A DNA stretch of 64,000 nt from a virus (IMGVR_UViG_3300021431_000091:1-64000); one strand, 5' to 3'; counted from the first letter of the stretch, positions 1 to 11,102 are shown. Program-made: numbers and translations. Notes: a model not told the origin generated them from the letters alone.

Positions 1-35
1 TTACTTTTTACTACACTCATACAATATGAAGGTTT

Positions 36-66
36 AGCATCCAGCCCCACACGGGGGCTGAATGCT
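36..66 (-). other. GC-rich hairpin just downstream of the 80-925 gene (DGR-type cis hairpin or terminator)
   Basis: CAGCCCC(42-48)-ACACG-GGGGCTG(54-60) flanked by AGCAT/ATGCT; no U-tract on the - strand. Confidence 0.5.
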
Positions 67-79
67 TAGTTAACCTGTT

Positions 80-925
80 CTATTTGAACAGGATAAGCGC
101 AGCGACGTAATAGGCATGCGAAGCAGGGCTATTGCCCGCGAGACCGTCGTAGTTCGCAGAAGCGGCATTGGAAGCGGAAACCACGTCACGCAGCCATGGA
201 TACTCACCACCGAAGATCTCTGTATGGCTATACTTCTGGAACACATCAAGCTGACGGCAGGCTTCGCCTGTGTCGTATCCGCTTGAACTCCAGATAGCAG
301 CGCCATAAACCTGCACTTCGGATAATGCACAAATCTTACAATCGCTTTCCCATGTAAAGCTTGAAGAGCACCCACTTGCTGAGCCCATTTTGTTAATACC
401 GCTTGTATTAACGGCATTTGACAAAAGTTTGCTGTGACCTATTAGGTTGGCTGCACCAAGATCATTCTCACACATTGGAAGAATCGTGTCCTTAAGATAT
501 GCGTGAAGATCACTGTTAAGGTATCCAGCACCGCGCTCATCAGCACCTGTGTAAGTGTTACCACTTGCATTCCAAGCATGAGTGAGGTGTGGAATAACAA
601 TTAGGCCTACGTGATTCTGGTTAACTCGATAAGGAGTTGATGTTCCACGCATAGGGTTAAGACCGGCAATCACATAGGTGTGACCGTTAATTGTGGTCTG
701 GTCACCAACCTTCAATCCATACTTTTCCAAATTTTGATCTGCTACTGCACTGTGAAGGTCATTAAGCGTAAATGATGTTTTACGATTACGACTCAGGGCA
801 AGTGCCTTTTGCAGATTCTCCTTGGAAATCTTAATAGAGTTACCGCTTGCGTCAATGCCACGCGCAAACGAAAAGTCAGACGCACTACTAAGAGCGTTTT
901 CTGATTTGTCAAGATTTTCTGCCAT
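80..925 (-). CDS. Tail fibre/adhesin-like protein with C-terminal C-type-lectin-like (DUF6273-like) domain; probable DGR target
   Basis: 281 aa; C-terminus WLRDVVSASNAASANYDGLAGNSPASHAYYVAAL resembles CLec-fold DGR variable regions; lies after the lysis/tail genes. Confidence 0.6.
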   Translation of the reverse strand: MAENLDKSENALSSASDFSFARGIDASGNSIKISKENLQKALALSRNRKTSFTLNDLHSAVADQNLEKYGLKVGDQTTINGHTYVIAGLNPMRGTSTPYRVNQNHVGLIVIPHLTHAWNASGNTYTGADERGAGYLNSDLHAYLKDTILPMCENDLGAANLIGHSKLLSNAVNTSGINKMGSASGCSSSFTWESDCKICALSEVQVYGAAIWSSSGYDTGEACRQLDVFQKYSHTEIFGGEYPWLRDVVSASNAASANYDGLAGNSPASHAYYVAALILFK

Positions 926-1024
926 ATTATTTTCTGATTTTGTTAATAACTACACATTCAAAAATGCGCTTTTGCTTTCATTTAAATAGGTCTTTATTTT
1001 TTAATCAAGTTGTATATTACATTT

Positions 1025-1195
1025 TTACCCGATTTTATTATGGACCCAATGAATAAGGTACAAGGGGATAAGCAGCGGCCAGACAATACTGAACCAGATC
1101 TTCTCAAAGGTGCTATTGTCCCACTTACTAATGAACTTGTTGTAGGCAATCCCTATGCCTGCCAACCATACAACTAAAACAATTAAATACCACAT
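1025..1195 (-). CDS. Small two-TM membrane protein (holin/spanin-like candidate), not in ORF track
   Basis: Manual translation MWYLIVLVVWLAGIGIAYNKFISKWDNSTFEKIWFSIVWPLLIPLYLIHWVHNKIG* (56 aa); immediately after endolysin. Confidence 0.6.
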   Translation of the reverse strand: MWYLIVLVVWLAGIGIAYNKFISKWDNSTFEKIWFSIVWPLLIPLYLIHWVHNKIG

Positions 1196-1221
1196 AACTT
1201 ATTATTTTAAGGGGTTAATAT

Positions 1222-1845
1222 TCAGATTCCCAGTGCCTCCTTTGACCTTGCCAGATACTTCTTCCTGGATTCAAGGCCATTGTAACCGCCGTTCACTCTT
1301 TTTGTCACAGCATTCACATCACCAGTGTCTGCAATAGCATTCAGTCCATTCTTCCACCAGAACCACATAGCGGACTTATAGCAGCCTGGGGACTTTGCCA
1401 GCCATTCTGGGTGTGCCATAAGGTCTCCTACGCAAAAACCTGAGGTGGAATATGCAAGGTAGTTGGAGCGTCCAGTCAGCCCTATGCTTCCCCGTCCCCT
1501 GTATTTCCATCCGTCACCTGATGTCTCATTACCGTTACCCATCCTGTTTGCATAGACACGGTTAGCTATCTTCTCAGGCTTCCTTGCGTACTGTTTTGCT
1601 GTTGCTGCATTGAAGTATTTGGGAAACACCTTAAGCAGTCCTTTTTCAGAATAGTTAAGATTCTCCTCAAAAGCCTTAAGTTCAGCACACTCATGTACAC
1701 ATTGGGAAATAAAATGCGCTGCCCTCAGTGGTGTGGTTATTCCGAATTTGTCACTCCACTTATTGAAGGTGTCAACAAACTCACCAACTGCCTTGTCAGG
1801 AGCACCTTGGGCAATCTTCTTAATCTGTTCAATCGTAATCTGCAT
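1222..1845 (-). CDS. Endolysin, glycoside hydrolase family 19
   Basis: AAHFISQCVHE, EENLNYS, GDGWKYRGRG.IGLTGRSNY, TKRVNGGYNGL motifs of phage GH19 lysozymes. Confidence 0.92.
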   Translation of the reverse strand: MQITIEQIKKIAQGAPDKAVGEFVDTFNKWSDKFGITTPLRAAHFISQCVHECAELKAFEENLNYSEKGLLKVFPKYFNAATAKQYARKPEKIANRVYANRMGNGNETSGDGWKYRGRGSIGLTGRSNYLAYSTSGFCVGDLMAHPEWLAKSPGCYKSAMWFWWKNGLNAIADTGDVNAVTKRVNGGYNGLESRKKYLARSKEALGI

Positions 1846-1856
1846 AGTTACCAGTT

Positions 1857-2342
1857 TTAAAAGTTATCCATCTCCAGCTCAGTCGTCCTTTCCATAGAAT
1901 TCCTGTAGTCTGGAGTGTTCTTTACATAAGTCTTGAGCCTGATATACTTCACCCAGCCAAAACACTTTCTCTTTGATAGAAAGTGAAAGTCGGCCTCGTT
2001 AAGGTATGCTTCCTGCTCAAACGAAATGTTCCTGTAGGCCTCAGTCTGTGTGCTGTACATAATGAAGCGGACAAACCACTCGATAATGTACCACCAGAAG
2101 AATACTGGAAGCGCGAGAAGCGACCACCAGCCATACCCAAGAAGGAACAGTATGAGAGTAATGACAGCACCCACAGCAAGCATTTCCTTTTGCTGTGCTC
2201 CGTGTATGCTCTCATGGTTCTCGTCCACAATGCCAAAGTGTTCCCTGGCATCTGAGCGCACAAAGATTACAGGCCATACTGTCATGGCCTTGTAACCTGG
2301 GAATGGAATAATGTTGTTATAAATCTTTTTCATAATTAACAT
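1857..2342 (-). CDS. Membrane-associated protein with HExxH zincin-like motif
   Basis: HESIH ... YRNISFEQEAY plus hydrophobic segment; real start may be MKKIY at 2333. Confidence 0.55.
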   Translation of the reverse strand: MLIMKKIYNNIIPFPGYKAMTVWPVIFVRSDAREHFGIVDENHESIHGAQQKEMLAVGAVITLILFLLGYGWWSLLALPVFFWWYIIEWFVRFIMYSTQTEAYRNISFEQEAYLNEADFHFLSKRKCFGWVKYIRLKTYVKNTPDYRNSMERTTELEMDNF

Positions 2343-5300
2343 TTAATCTACAAGAATCCATGCACCCTGCCTATCACCAAGTGTAAGCGTAGCGTCAAAA
2401 ACAAACATATATAATTTATTTGAATCACTGGAAAATGACTGCATATAACCCCACCCACCAGTGTAGAAATAGTTCCATGTATCATACAGCGTTCCAGGGC
2501 CTCGCCACAAAATTGTTCTTCCATGCGAAGAGCCTCCAATCGTAACATTGCCAGTATAAAGGATGCCAGGTAAATACACACCCCTATTGAATGTGACCAT
2601 TCCATCAATTGCTCCTCCATAATTTAAGAAATCAGCAGATTCTGCAATATTGTAGCCATTCTCTGTTGTATATTTGAAACTACTTACATTGACGATTGAC
2701 CATATAACAGTACCGGCTGGAACTGTGGTTTCATCATCTTCATCAATCTTAACCGCCTTCAGTTTACATATCATACCCTTGTAGCCAAGCTTTATGCTGG
2801 ACACTCTTTTCCATCCAAGCATGATGTATCCAGTACCACCGGCTGCTGTAATGTATGTATTGTATCTCGTGAGGTTGACAATATCAATCTCTGTACCATC
2901 AAGAGAGTCCCAGACAGGAAGGCTTATTCCGGCATTTGCTTGAGCTCGTGTGGCAATTTTTATGCAGCCGCCACCATCAAGATTATCCCAAACACTTGTA
3001 GGTTCTCTGAATGGGGTTTTAATGAGGCCCCTAAATGTGCCACCGTTTGCCTCTATAATGCCTGAGAAATGACCATTAATAGCATGAAGCGTTCCATCAG
3101 TAGCATCAATCCATATCTTCCCAGACACACCGTTTGAGCTTGCAAACACAACCTGGTCAGCCCTCAGTGTAATTCTCTGGTGGGTAATATCTATTCCGGT
3201 CTGCAACAGGTCATGCTCCACACTCATTGATATGCGTCTTGCTGTCTGTTCAAAAAGGGATTTATATTGCCCCTCAGTGGTCTCAAAGCCTTCTACAAAA
3301 CGGATGTCAGACATATAGATGGTTCCGGTTACATTAGCATTCTCAGCTTTTACAACCCTAAGTGCAATAAGGCTTGCTCCAGAAACATTGTTGGTTGCGT
3401 ACAGATGAATGAAATATTGCTTCCATACAGTTGAGAGCCTAACCTTCGACTGACCATCACTACGCAATTTTTCCATCTGAGAACCGTTTGTCATTGGGTC
3501 GTAAATCACATCACTGCTACTGATAATTGATTCACCTGGCTTATAAAGGTGTGTCGTAATGATCATTCCGTAAGAGCTGCACTTTGCCCAGAAACTAAGC
3601 GTGTACATCTTACCGGCAGTGATATTGAATGCACCATTTTTGAACAGGTAATCTATGAAATCAGTCGGGAAACTTGACGGATTTACGTATGCGTAATAGT
3701 CAGCCCTTCTGCCATTGATTTCCGGCCTATCAACATTCATTCCAGCATTGTCCAGTGAGGTTATCAGCTGGCCATTACCTACAACAGCAAGGTCCTCAGC
3801 AGCAGGAGAGAATGCAGTTACCTCATTACCACGCTCTATCTTAAGTTGACGAATATACAAAAGATTTTCACCTGGAGCATCGTCCACGTAGAATTGTCCA
3901 CTTCTTTGAGTATCATTACTGAAAGACTTTATATATACCGTTTGCGTAACCCTTGTCCAAGATGAAGCGGAGATTCCGCGTGAGAAGGAAATAGGATCGC
4001 TGGTGGCAGTATCTGGATTGTATGTGCTCAGCATTCCTCTTGCCCAGAAATTAAATGTAACGGTCCTGTTTGTGGATGACATTCTTGCATAGAACGATAT
4101 GGTAAAGTAACCGCCCTTGCCACCAAAACCAAGGTGGTGTATATATATCTGACCAGCACCGCTCTGAGCAAAACCATAACCCTGGATGAATGGGATAATG
4201 TTGCCACTGAACACAACGCCTTTACTGAAGCCAAATAGATTAGCACCATATTCATCTGCTTTACCTATTTGTTCAGTATATTCGCTCCTGAGTGCCGTTG
4301 CAGACTCAATGATATTGGCATTCCAGGCTGTACGCAACACTGTTCCGTTAGGCCCAGCCTCATAAGCAATACGATTACCAACCTTCTCTTCAGCACCATT
4401 CTCAACTGTTATCTTCCAGGTTCCAAGCAGGTTGACATAAACCCTAACTGGGACTGTCATGAGTTTTTGAATACGGCTTCCGTTTACATGGAAACGGACT
4501 GTAACGCTTATATTGGCATCACTGTAATAGTTTCCGTTACCGTCTTTAGCAACACCCTTTATAACAAAGCGGTCACTGGGAACATAAACATCAACAGAGA
4601 GGACTGGGGTGTTATTTGAATTGTTGATATAAACATGCGGGTTATCCTGGTGAACGGTAACCGATGAGATCATGTTACTTCCCAGCTTTGTATTTCCCTC
4701 CCAGAGCTCCATGATAATCGTTTCAGAGAGGTTTGGAGAGTCAATATTGCTGGTATTCGTGATGTCCTGATTTATTATCAGAGAAGCAGGGAGAGCCGTT
4801 CCGATAACGGCATCACTACCAGTTGCACCAGAAGAAACAATAGGCACGTTCTCGTTGTCAAGAAGGCTATTGTTGTTATCCCTAAGCTCAATTGCTATAT
4901 TGGTTCCAGCAAACTTAGCCTGAGCAATAGACTGGCTTCCCAGACTGATCGATTCCGTTACGCCATTAATAATTGACTTAAGAGTGTATCCGGTAGGCAG
5001 CGAGTTAAGCTTTGTACGAGAACCATTCTGAGCTGTCTTGTAAACATCAACTGCAATATAATCAGTATCGTATGCACCTGTATTTCCATTCTTCCCAACA
5101 GAATTCGGAGAAACGGAAAGCTCATACTTATCAACACCGACAAGCCTCTTCAGTGTCAGCGTGATACCTCTGTCATATTCCTTGTACCTTGTGTAAACGA
5201 GGATTGTAGCAGCATCACTTGAGATACCTGAAACAACAAGCTGGTTGCCAGGAAGTGTCCCACTTACTGCATTTGTAGTAATAGAACCAGACCTAACAGT

Positions 5301-8300
5301 AATCTTCCAGGTCAAAGCTGAAGTGACTGGAACTTCACCATCATAGAGGGTTGCGTTTGCTATACAATTGCCACTGATGAGGTTTCCAGAGCCATCATAG
5401 AGCATTGAATCGTTCTCGTTGTCCAGATCAACACGGATTGTATTCTGACCGTTCACACCTTCAGCGATAACTGGGATGTACTCGCTATCCTGAACTGAAT
5501 TGTTCTTATCATAAAGAGTAATGCGGCAGTCACCAATCTCAAAGTCAGAAGGCGTTATGGTGTAATCGATTGCTATTATTGCCTCAGACTGACCACCCCT
5601 GATAAGTCCTATACGGAATCCTTCCTCATCACCAGTGTTCATATCAGAGGCAGTAAGGGCACGTCTTGTACCTGTCTGGTCTGTCTTGAATATCTGGAAT
5701 GTCACGCCAGCAGAAGGAGTGTATTGGTTATTGTTGTTCGGATCTTTTTTGACTGAGTTTGCACTTGGGACTATCTCATATTTGTTGACACCTACCAGCT
5801 TCCTTACGCTCAGGATTGCGGTATAGGTATTACCCTCATAGGTACATGTAACCTCAACAGTGCCACCGGTTCCAGATACACCGGTTACAATGATTGTCCT
5901 ACCAGAAATTGTGGCAGTACACCCAGAGGCATTGATACCATAAGTTACAGCACCTACATACTCAGCACCGTCAACATAAAGGATAGCGTGAGAAATAACA
6001 TCCTGGGAAACCTTCTTGCCATTGGTATCGTAAAGGATTGTGTCGCTTTCGTTATCAAGGTCGAACATGATCCTTCTCTGATACTCAATTGAAAGCTCCC
6101 AGTTTGCAGTGTTGGCAACAATTGGGTAGTTAATGATATAGTTTCCATTCTCATCAACAAGGAAGAGGTTTCCGTTATCAGTCAGACACTGGAGTGGAGG
6201 TACGTTTGAGCTTGCAACAAGACATCGGTAAATAGAGCCAGCAAAACTAACCATATCTCCGACATTGTATTCCTCACCAGACTTCCAGTGTCCCCTTGAT
6301 ACATAACTCTTACCATCCTCACCATCAATACCATCTGAAATAGCTGACACACTCTGGTTGTCAAGAATAATGCCGTCAGATTTTGCTATTGCAAAGTTGA
6401 CGTATGAATTCATACTGGAAGGCAAGGTAAGCGGGTTTCCGTCATCCAGATTTCCAATAGCCTCCAGAACGGTCTGGATCATTGCGTCGAACCTGTAGTA
6501 GATATGGATGCCTTCAGAACTGAGTGCCTGGGAAGCAGAAAGCATCTGATGGGCAACTGCTCCGTTAGCGTCTACATAGGATTTTCTTACGCTTGGTGTC
6601 AAGGCAGCCGGAGTGAACACCCCAGTTTCCTTATCCTTATTCACCACATTAGTGTTTGGGACTACATTATATATAACTGGAGACTTACCATCTGCACCAG
6701 GACGTACCTTGTCAACGTGTACTATAAATTCCCTGCTAACACTTTCATCAGCAGCAACCAGCGTAACCTTGACTTCATTGGAATCGGTTGCACCAGCCTT
6801 GAATCCGGTAACAGTAAGTATGAACTCAGTATTATCGGCAACATTCAGAACACCAGTACAGTTGACCGTTGTGCTTTCTGCCTTACTAAGTGAAGCATGG
6901 AGGGCAACATCATTGCCGCCCTTATAGAGCTTTCCGGTTGTACTATATGTCTGTCCAGATACAGGCGTACCCTCAGCGTCACATATAAAGTGGATATTGG
7001 AATCGTCAAACCACATTGTAACGGCATCATCACCGTCATCACCTCTGCGGCCATCACTTATTCTGGGTATGTACTCCTTATCCTTGACAACACCATCTTG
7101 ATCCCTAAGTGTAATCTCAATTCCTGAAACAGCAAAGAAAGTAGCTGTCTGGATAGAGTCGCCATTGTAGTATTTGTGCTGGGTATCATTACCAATCTGA
7201 ATGTATCCCAGGCCAGAAGTCTGAGTCAGATCGATTGTTGTGCCATTCTTCACCACAAAGGCATTCAGCACAAGAGCGGTTGGATAATATGTTCCATTAT
7301 TGGGGTTGAACTGCACAGTACCGAAGTTAGGAGCCAGCACATACTTGTCGGTTCCGTATAGCTTGGTAAAGTTGAAGTTCTTTTCGTAATACTGGGACTT
7401 GTAGGTTGCACGGATCGTAACCTGGGCGCGGTCAGCACTCATGGTCTTAACCTGCACATATCCGTCATCCGTAATACCAGTCTCGCCTTCCAGTGTACAG
7501 CCTACCAAATGAGAAATAGACCACTCAACGCCATCCTCATGGAGAAGCTGAAGTGAACCGAAGAAGAACTGGGCAATTGTGGTGGGCAACTCTTCCAGTG
7601 GGTTTCCGTCCATGTCACATATAACAGAATCAGTGTCATTTGTGAGGTTAACGAATACTGGGGTGTCGCCATCCTGTCCGTCACGTCCGTCTATACCATC
7701 AACTCCGTCAATACCGTCCCTACCGTCACGGAAATAGAGATCCCAGTTAATGTCATCGGTAAGGTCGCTTCCGGTCATCAAATAGCGGTCATTCTCATCC
7801 TTGAGGTACTTGCCGTCAACACCATCCTTAAGGATTTCCCTGGGTGGCTTGTTTGTATTGTTAACCAGAGCAACGTACATGGTGTCACCCATACGGACAA
7901 CATCACCAGCTTTGTACTCAGCCTCAGAATCCCACATGCCAGCGTAATGCCAGTCCTTACCATCCTTTCCGTCAATACCATCAGTACCGTCCAGAACCAA
8001 AGGAATATCCTCAGTATCCAGAATCTTAACGTCGCCTGGTGTGGAATCATCTATAATCGTGAATACCAAATGCCTGTCAGTAAATACGCTGTCTGTAATA
8101 ACAACTGACTGAGGCGAATATCCAGACTGTTGCTGGAGAGCCTGGCAAGCAATCTTGATATGCGGGAAATCCTGGGCAGTACATTCAATCGGGTCGTTTC
8201 CAAACCTCTTACAGAATGCCCTTGCCGTAATACTGTTTGGTTTGAAAGAACCTGTCTTGTCCATAACAACAGCATCACCACTCATCTGGAGGTAATACTT

Positions 8301-11102
8301 GTCCGCGCCAAACAGCTTTTTGAACGTGAATGTCTTGCTATACTGCTCTCCCCTGAAGTTACAGAATATAAGTACGCTTGCCACATCAGCTGACATGGCG
8401 GTAACGGTAAGTTTTCCTTCTCCAGGATTGTCATGATCCTCCTCTATTGTTGCGGTACACCCTGTAGCGTTACAGTTCCATGTCAGTCCAGTCGTAACCT
8501 TCTGAAGGTCATAGTAAAGCTGGGCATTGGTTGTCGGTAGAGAGTCGCTGGGATCTATGTTTCCCTCAGAATCACAGCAAACGGTATCCGTATCATTGGT
8601 AAGGTTGACAACAGCACTACCGGCACCATTGACACCATCCTGTACCAAAGGAACCTCCTCCATATCCTGCAACTGTGGCGTAGACTGGTTGTCAAAGAGC
8701 TCAAATGTAAGCTTGCCACTTGTGAACACGGACATGTTATTTATCTGGACGGTCATACCGGAGTAGTATGTATTGCCGCCAAACCTGATGTATCCAAGTC
8801 CAGCACCAGAGGTAATTTCAAGCTTATCACCGCCCTTAATAACATAGGCGCGTACAGTAAGTGAGGTAGGAGTATATTCTCCAGTTCCACCATTTGCATT
8901 CGGATTGAACTTGATAACGTCAGCAGATGGCTGGAGGTAATACTTGTCAGCACCGAACAGCTTTGAGAAAGTGAAAACCTTCTGATAAGTAATATTGTTG
9001 TAAGTAGCACTGATTGTAACCGTAGCCTTGTCAGCTGTCATATTCGAGGTAACAACCGTACCTGATTCCGGAGCGATTGAGGCAGAACAGCCAACAGCAC
9101 TTACACCCCAGGTTATGCCTGAGGTTATCTGGATGCTGCCACGATACAGTTGAGCCTTAGTTGTTGGGTATTCAGTACCTGGTGCGATATTTCCGTTGAT
9201 GTCTGTTATGATTGAGTCGGCATCATTGGTAAGGTTGATGTAGATAGCATCCTCACCAGAAACCATCTCACGAATATCAAGCAGGACATCCCAGTCGTCT
9301 GAAATATTGCTTTCGTCCTCATCTATCAAAAAATACTTACCATCCTTATCCTTGAGGTATGTGGTCTGGCCATTAACCAAACCAGTCAGAAGTCCCCTGG
9401 GAGGATTAGATGTTTCCTTGTTACTGATATAGAGGATACCAGCCAGGTTTACGATTGCTGAAACTGGGTATGGGCATTTTGTAGCTTCCCAGTGACCCAT
9501 TGACCTTACTGACTGCGAATACACAACAGCCAGCCAGTTGGGATTGTCCTCACTTGGTTCACTTCCAGTAATACCATGATGTACACCCTGGTCGTCAACT
9601 ATATCCTCACGGACAAGCAACCACATGGAACCGTTCCAGTAAACCCTGTCCTTATAGAAATACTCTGTATTGGGATCCCAGACACCCTGGTCATAGTAGT
9701 CAATGATGTCGCGCCCATGAGAGTCAACCCTTCTGAGCACTCCGGTATGGAAAATATCACCGTCTATATAAAAAAGGTACTTGGAAGCCTCGTTAGCTCT
9801 CTCATTAGGCTCTTCCTGAGTGTCAAAGTTTGCAAGCAGGGAACAGTCACCAAACTGCATACCGATATTGTTCCAGCTGAATTCCCAGGTATTCTGGGCA
9901 CGGAGCATTCTGGTATAGGCTGTTGTCTCGTAGGTTGAGCTCTGCCTGCTGGTGTTTGTGAAGTTACCGTACACCACAAAGTTCATGTAATTCTGCGGGT
10001 GTACCTGCCTGCTCCATCTTCCACCAATAGGTCTCAGGGCATACTTGAATACCTTATTATAATAATTTACACCATCGATATTCGTGGTTGCCGTTACCTC
10101 AGTGATACGGAAATAGGAAGTACAGAATCCTGCAAATGTCCTGTTACCGAATCCGTCATCAGTGGTTGCGTCATCGTTATTGCTGGGGTCGTTGAAGTCG
10201 TGGAATATACCCATACAGATGTCGTCCACAGCAATACAGCCAACCTCTCCCTCTTCCAGTTTCAGAGAAATAGTACCAGTTGCAAGGACGTTTCCAGTTT
10301 CAGGATCAATATCTGGAGTCACTGATTCAATAATACCGCCACCAGGAGCACGCCACTTATCACCAGCAAGGACTTCCACCCTATTGTATCTCAGCTCAGG
10401 AACATCCAGGAAACGACGTACAACAAGGCTTTCAAACTCACCATTTCCGTTCTCATCAATCTTGGCACCAAAACCGGTAATTCCAGGCTGGTAAAGACCA
10501 ATCTGGAGACCTTTCATCATATAGGCAACACCATTCGACCTGAGACCGGAAAGAAATGTAATCACACCCAGGGCCTCATCATCAAAAATCTTGGAAAGGA
10601 ATGCGTCGCCACCCTCAGTCCTGAACAGCCCCTGGAGTTTGTCTTTTGTAAGATAGTCTGCCAGCGCGTCCCTGAGGTGTGAGATATTGATCTGGTATTC
10701 CGTATTGCTGGCCATGTGAGACCAGAGCTTTGCAGTAGTAAGAACATCACCGCCATCAATAGCACCTGCAACTATAAGGGCTGCAAGAGTTTCAAAAGTG
10801 ACCCTGTAGTTGGACTGGGAGCCTTCGTCATAGATAATGATTGAATCACTTTTCTTGACCTGGCTCTTCTTCATTCCAGCTATCGCGTCACCTATTGTTC
10901 CGGCTGTATCGCGCACACTGCTCTGCATACTTGCAACAAGCTTTGTGCCAGCCTCCGTAAGCGTCGGATTTGTTGCTGTTGAGCCTTCCAGAACATAATT
11001 GTGGTTGGTATCTATGGCAATAAGAGTTGACAATGCGCTCTCAAGGATACGCTTTGCCATCTCATCCTTACCAGAACCTTTCTTGAAACTGTTTGCTGCC
11101 AT
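2343..11102 (-). CDS. Very large tail fibre / receptor-binding structural protein
   Basis: 2919 aa, beta-rich; repeated modules (NLTND.DS...F.KL.G.DKY), GxW...Y..GD.V motifs, short GxDGxDG linkers; follows baseplate genes. Confidence 0.8.
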   Translation of the reverse strand: MAANSFKKGSGKDEMAKRILESALSTLIAIDTNHNYVLEGSTATNPTLTEAGTKLVASMQSSVRDTAGTIGDAIAGMKKSQVKKSDSIIIYDEGSQSNYRVTFETLAALIVAGAIDGGDVLTTAKLWSHMASNTEYQINISHLRDALADYLTKDKLQGLFRTEGGDAFLSKIFDDEALGVITFLSGLRSNGVAYMMKGLQIGLYQPGITGFGAKIDENGNGEFESLVVRRFLDVPELRYNRVEVLAGDKWRAPGGGIIESVTPDIDPETGNVLATGTISLKLEEGEVGCIAVDDICMGIFHDFNDPSNNDDATTDDGFGNRTFAGFCTSYFRITEVTATTNIDGVNYYNKVFKYALRPIGGRWSRQVHPQNYMNFVVYGNFTNTSRQSSTYETTAYTRMLRAQNTWEFSWNNIGMQFGDCSLLANFDTQEEPNERANEASKYLFYIDGDIFHTGVLRRVDSHGRDIIDYYDQGVWDPNTEYFYKDRVYWNGSMWLLVREDIVDDQGVHHGITGSEPSEDNPNWLAVVYSQSVRSMGHWEATKCPYPVSAIVNLAGILYISNKETSNPPRGLLTGLVNGQTTYLKDKDGKYFLIDEDESNISDDWDVLLDIREMVSGEDAIYINLTNDADSIITDINGNIAPGTEYPTTKAQLYRGSIQITSGITWGVSAVGCSASIAPESGTVVTSNMTADKATVTISATYNNITYQKVFTFSKLFGADKYYLQPSADVIKFNPNANGGTGEYTPTSLTVRAYVIKGGDKLEITSGAGLGYIRFGGNTYYSGMTVQINNMSVFTSGKLTFELFDNQSTPQLQDMEEVPLVQDGVNGAGSAVVNLTNDTDTVCCDSEGNIDPSDSLPTTNAQLYYDLQKVTTGLTWNCNATGCTATIEEDHDNPGEGKLTVTAMSADVASVLIFCNFRGEQYSKTFTFKKLFGADKYYLQMSGDAVVMDKTGSFKPNSITARAFCKRFGNDPIECTAQDFPHIKIACQALQQQSGYSPQSVVITDSVFTDRHLVFTIIDDSTPGDVKILDTEDIPLVLDGTDGIDGKDGKDWHYAGMWDSEAEYKAGDVVRMGDTMYVALVNNTNKPPREILKDGVDGKYLKDENDRYLMTGSDLTDDINWDLYFRDGRDGIDGVDGIDGRDGQDGDTPVFVNLTNDTDSVICDMDGNPLEELPTTIAQFFFGSLQLLHEDGVEWSISHLVGCTLEGETGITDDGYVQVKTMSADRAQVTIRATYKSQYYEKNFNFTKLYGTDKYVLAPNFGTVQFNPNNGTYYPTALVLNAFVVKNGTTIDLTQTSGLGYIQIGNDTQHKYYNGDSIQTATFFAVSGIEITLRDQDGVVKDKEYIPRISDGRRGDDGDDAVTMWFDDSNIHFICDAEGTPVSGQTYSTTGKLYKGGNDVALHASLSKAESTTVNCTGVLNVADNTEFILTVTGFKAGATDSNEVKVTLVAADESVSREFIVHVDKVRPGADGKSPVIYNVVPNTNVVNKDKETGVFTPAALTPSVRKSYVDANGAVAHQMLSASQALSSEGIHIYYRFDAMIQTVLEAIGNLDDGNPLTLPSSMNSYVNFAIAKSDGIILDNQSVSAISDGIDGEDGKSYVSRGHWKSGEEYNVGDMVSFAGSIYRCLVASSNVPPLQCLTDNGNLFLVDENGNYIINYPIVANTANWELSIEYQRRIMFDLDNESDTILYDTNGKKVSQDVISHAILYVDGAEYVGAVTYGINASGCTATISGRTIIVTGVSGTGGTVEVTCTYEGNTYTAILSVRKLVGVNKYEIVPSANSVKKDPNNNNQYTPSAGVTFQIFKTDQTGTRRALTASDMNTGDEEGFRIGLIRGGQSEAIIAIDYTITPSDFEIGDCRITLYDKNNSVQDSEYIPVIAEGVNGQNTIRVDLDNENDSMLYDGSGNLISGNCIANATLYDGEVPVTSALTWKITVRSGSITTNAVSGTLPGNQLVVSGISSDAATILVYTRYKEYDRGITLTLKRLVGVDKYELSVSPNSVGKNGNTGAYDTDYIAVDVYKTAQNGSRTKLNSLPTGYTLKSIINGVTESISLGSQSIAQAKFAGTNIAIELRDNNNSLLDNENVPIVSSGATGSDAVIGTALPASLIINQDITNTSNIDSPNLSETIIMELWEGNTKLGSNMISSVTVHQDNPHVYINNSNNTPVLSVDVYVPSDRFVIKGVAKDGNGNYYSDANISVTVRFHVNGSRIQKLMTVPVRVYVNLLGTWKITVENGAEEKVGNRIAYEAGPNGTVLRTAWNANIIESATALRSEYTEQIGKADEYGANLFGFSKGVVFSGNIIPFIQGYGFAQSGAGQIYIHHLGFGGKGGYFTISFYARMSSTNRTVTFNFWARGMLSTYNPDTATSDPISFSRGISASSWTRVTQTVYIKSFSNDTQRSGQFYVDDAPGENLLYIRQLKIERGNEVTAFSPAAEDLAVVGNGQLITSLDNAGMNVDRPEINGRRADYYAYVNPSSFPTDFIDYLFKNGAFNITAGKMYTLSFWAKCSSYGMIITTHLYKPGESIISSSDVIYDPMTNGSQMEKLRSDGQSKVRLSTVWKQYFIHLYATNNVSGASLIALRVVKAENANVTGTIYMSDIRFVEGFETTEGQYKSLFEQTARRISMSVEHDLLQTGIDITHQRITLRADQVVFASSNGVSGKIWIDATDGTLHAINGHFSGIIEANGGTFRGLIKTPFREPTSVWDNLDGGGCIKIATRAQANAGISLPVWDSLDGTEIDIVNLTRYNTYITAAGGTGYIMLGWKRVSSIKLGYKGMICKLKAVKIDEDDETTVPAGTVIWSIVNVSSFKYTTENGYNIAESADFLNYGGAIDGMVTFNRGVYLPGILYTGNVTIGGSSHGRTILWRGPGTLYDTWNYFYTGGWGYMQSFSSDSNKLYMFVFDATLTLGDRQGAWILVD

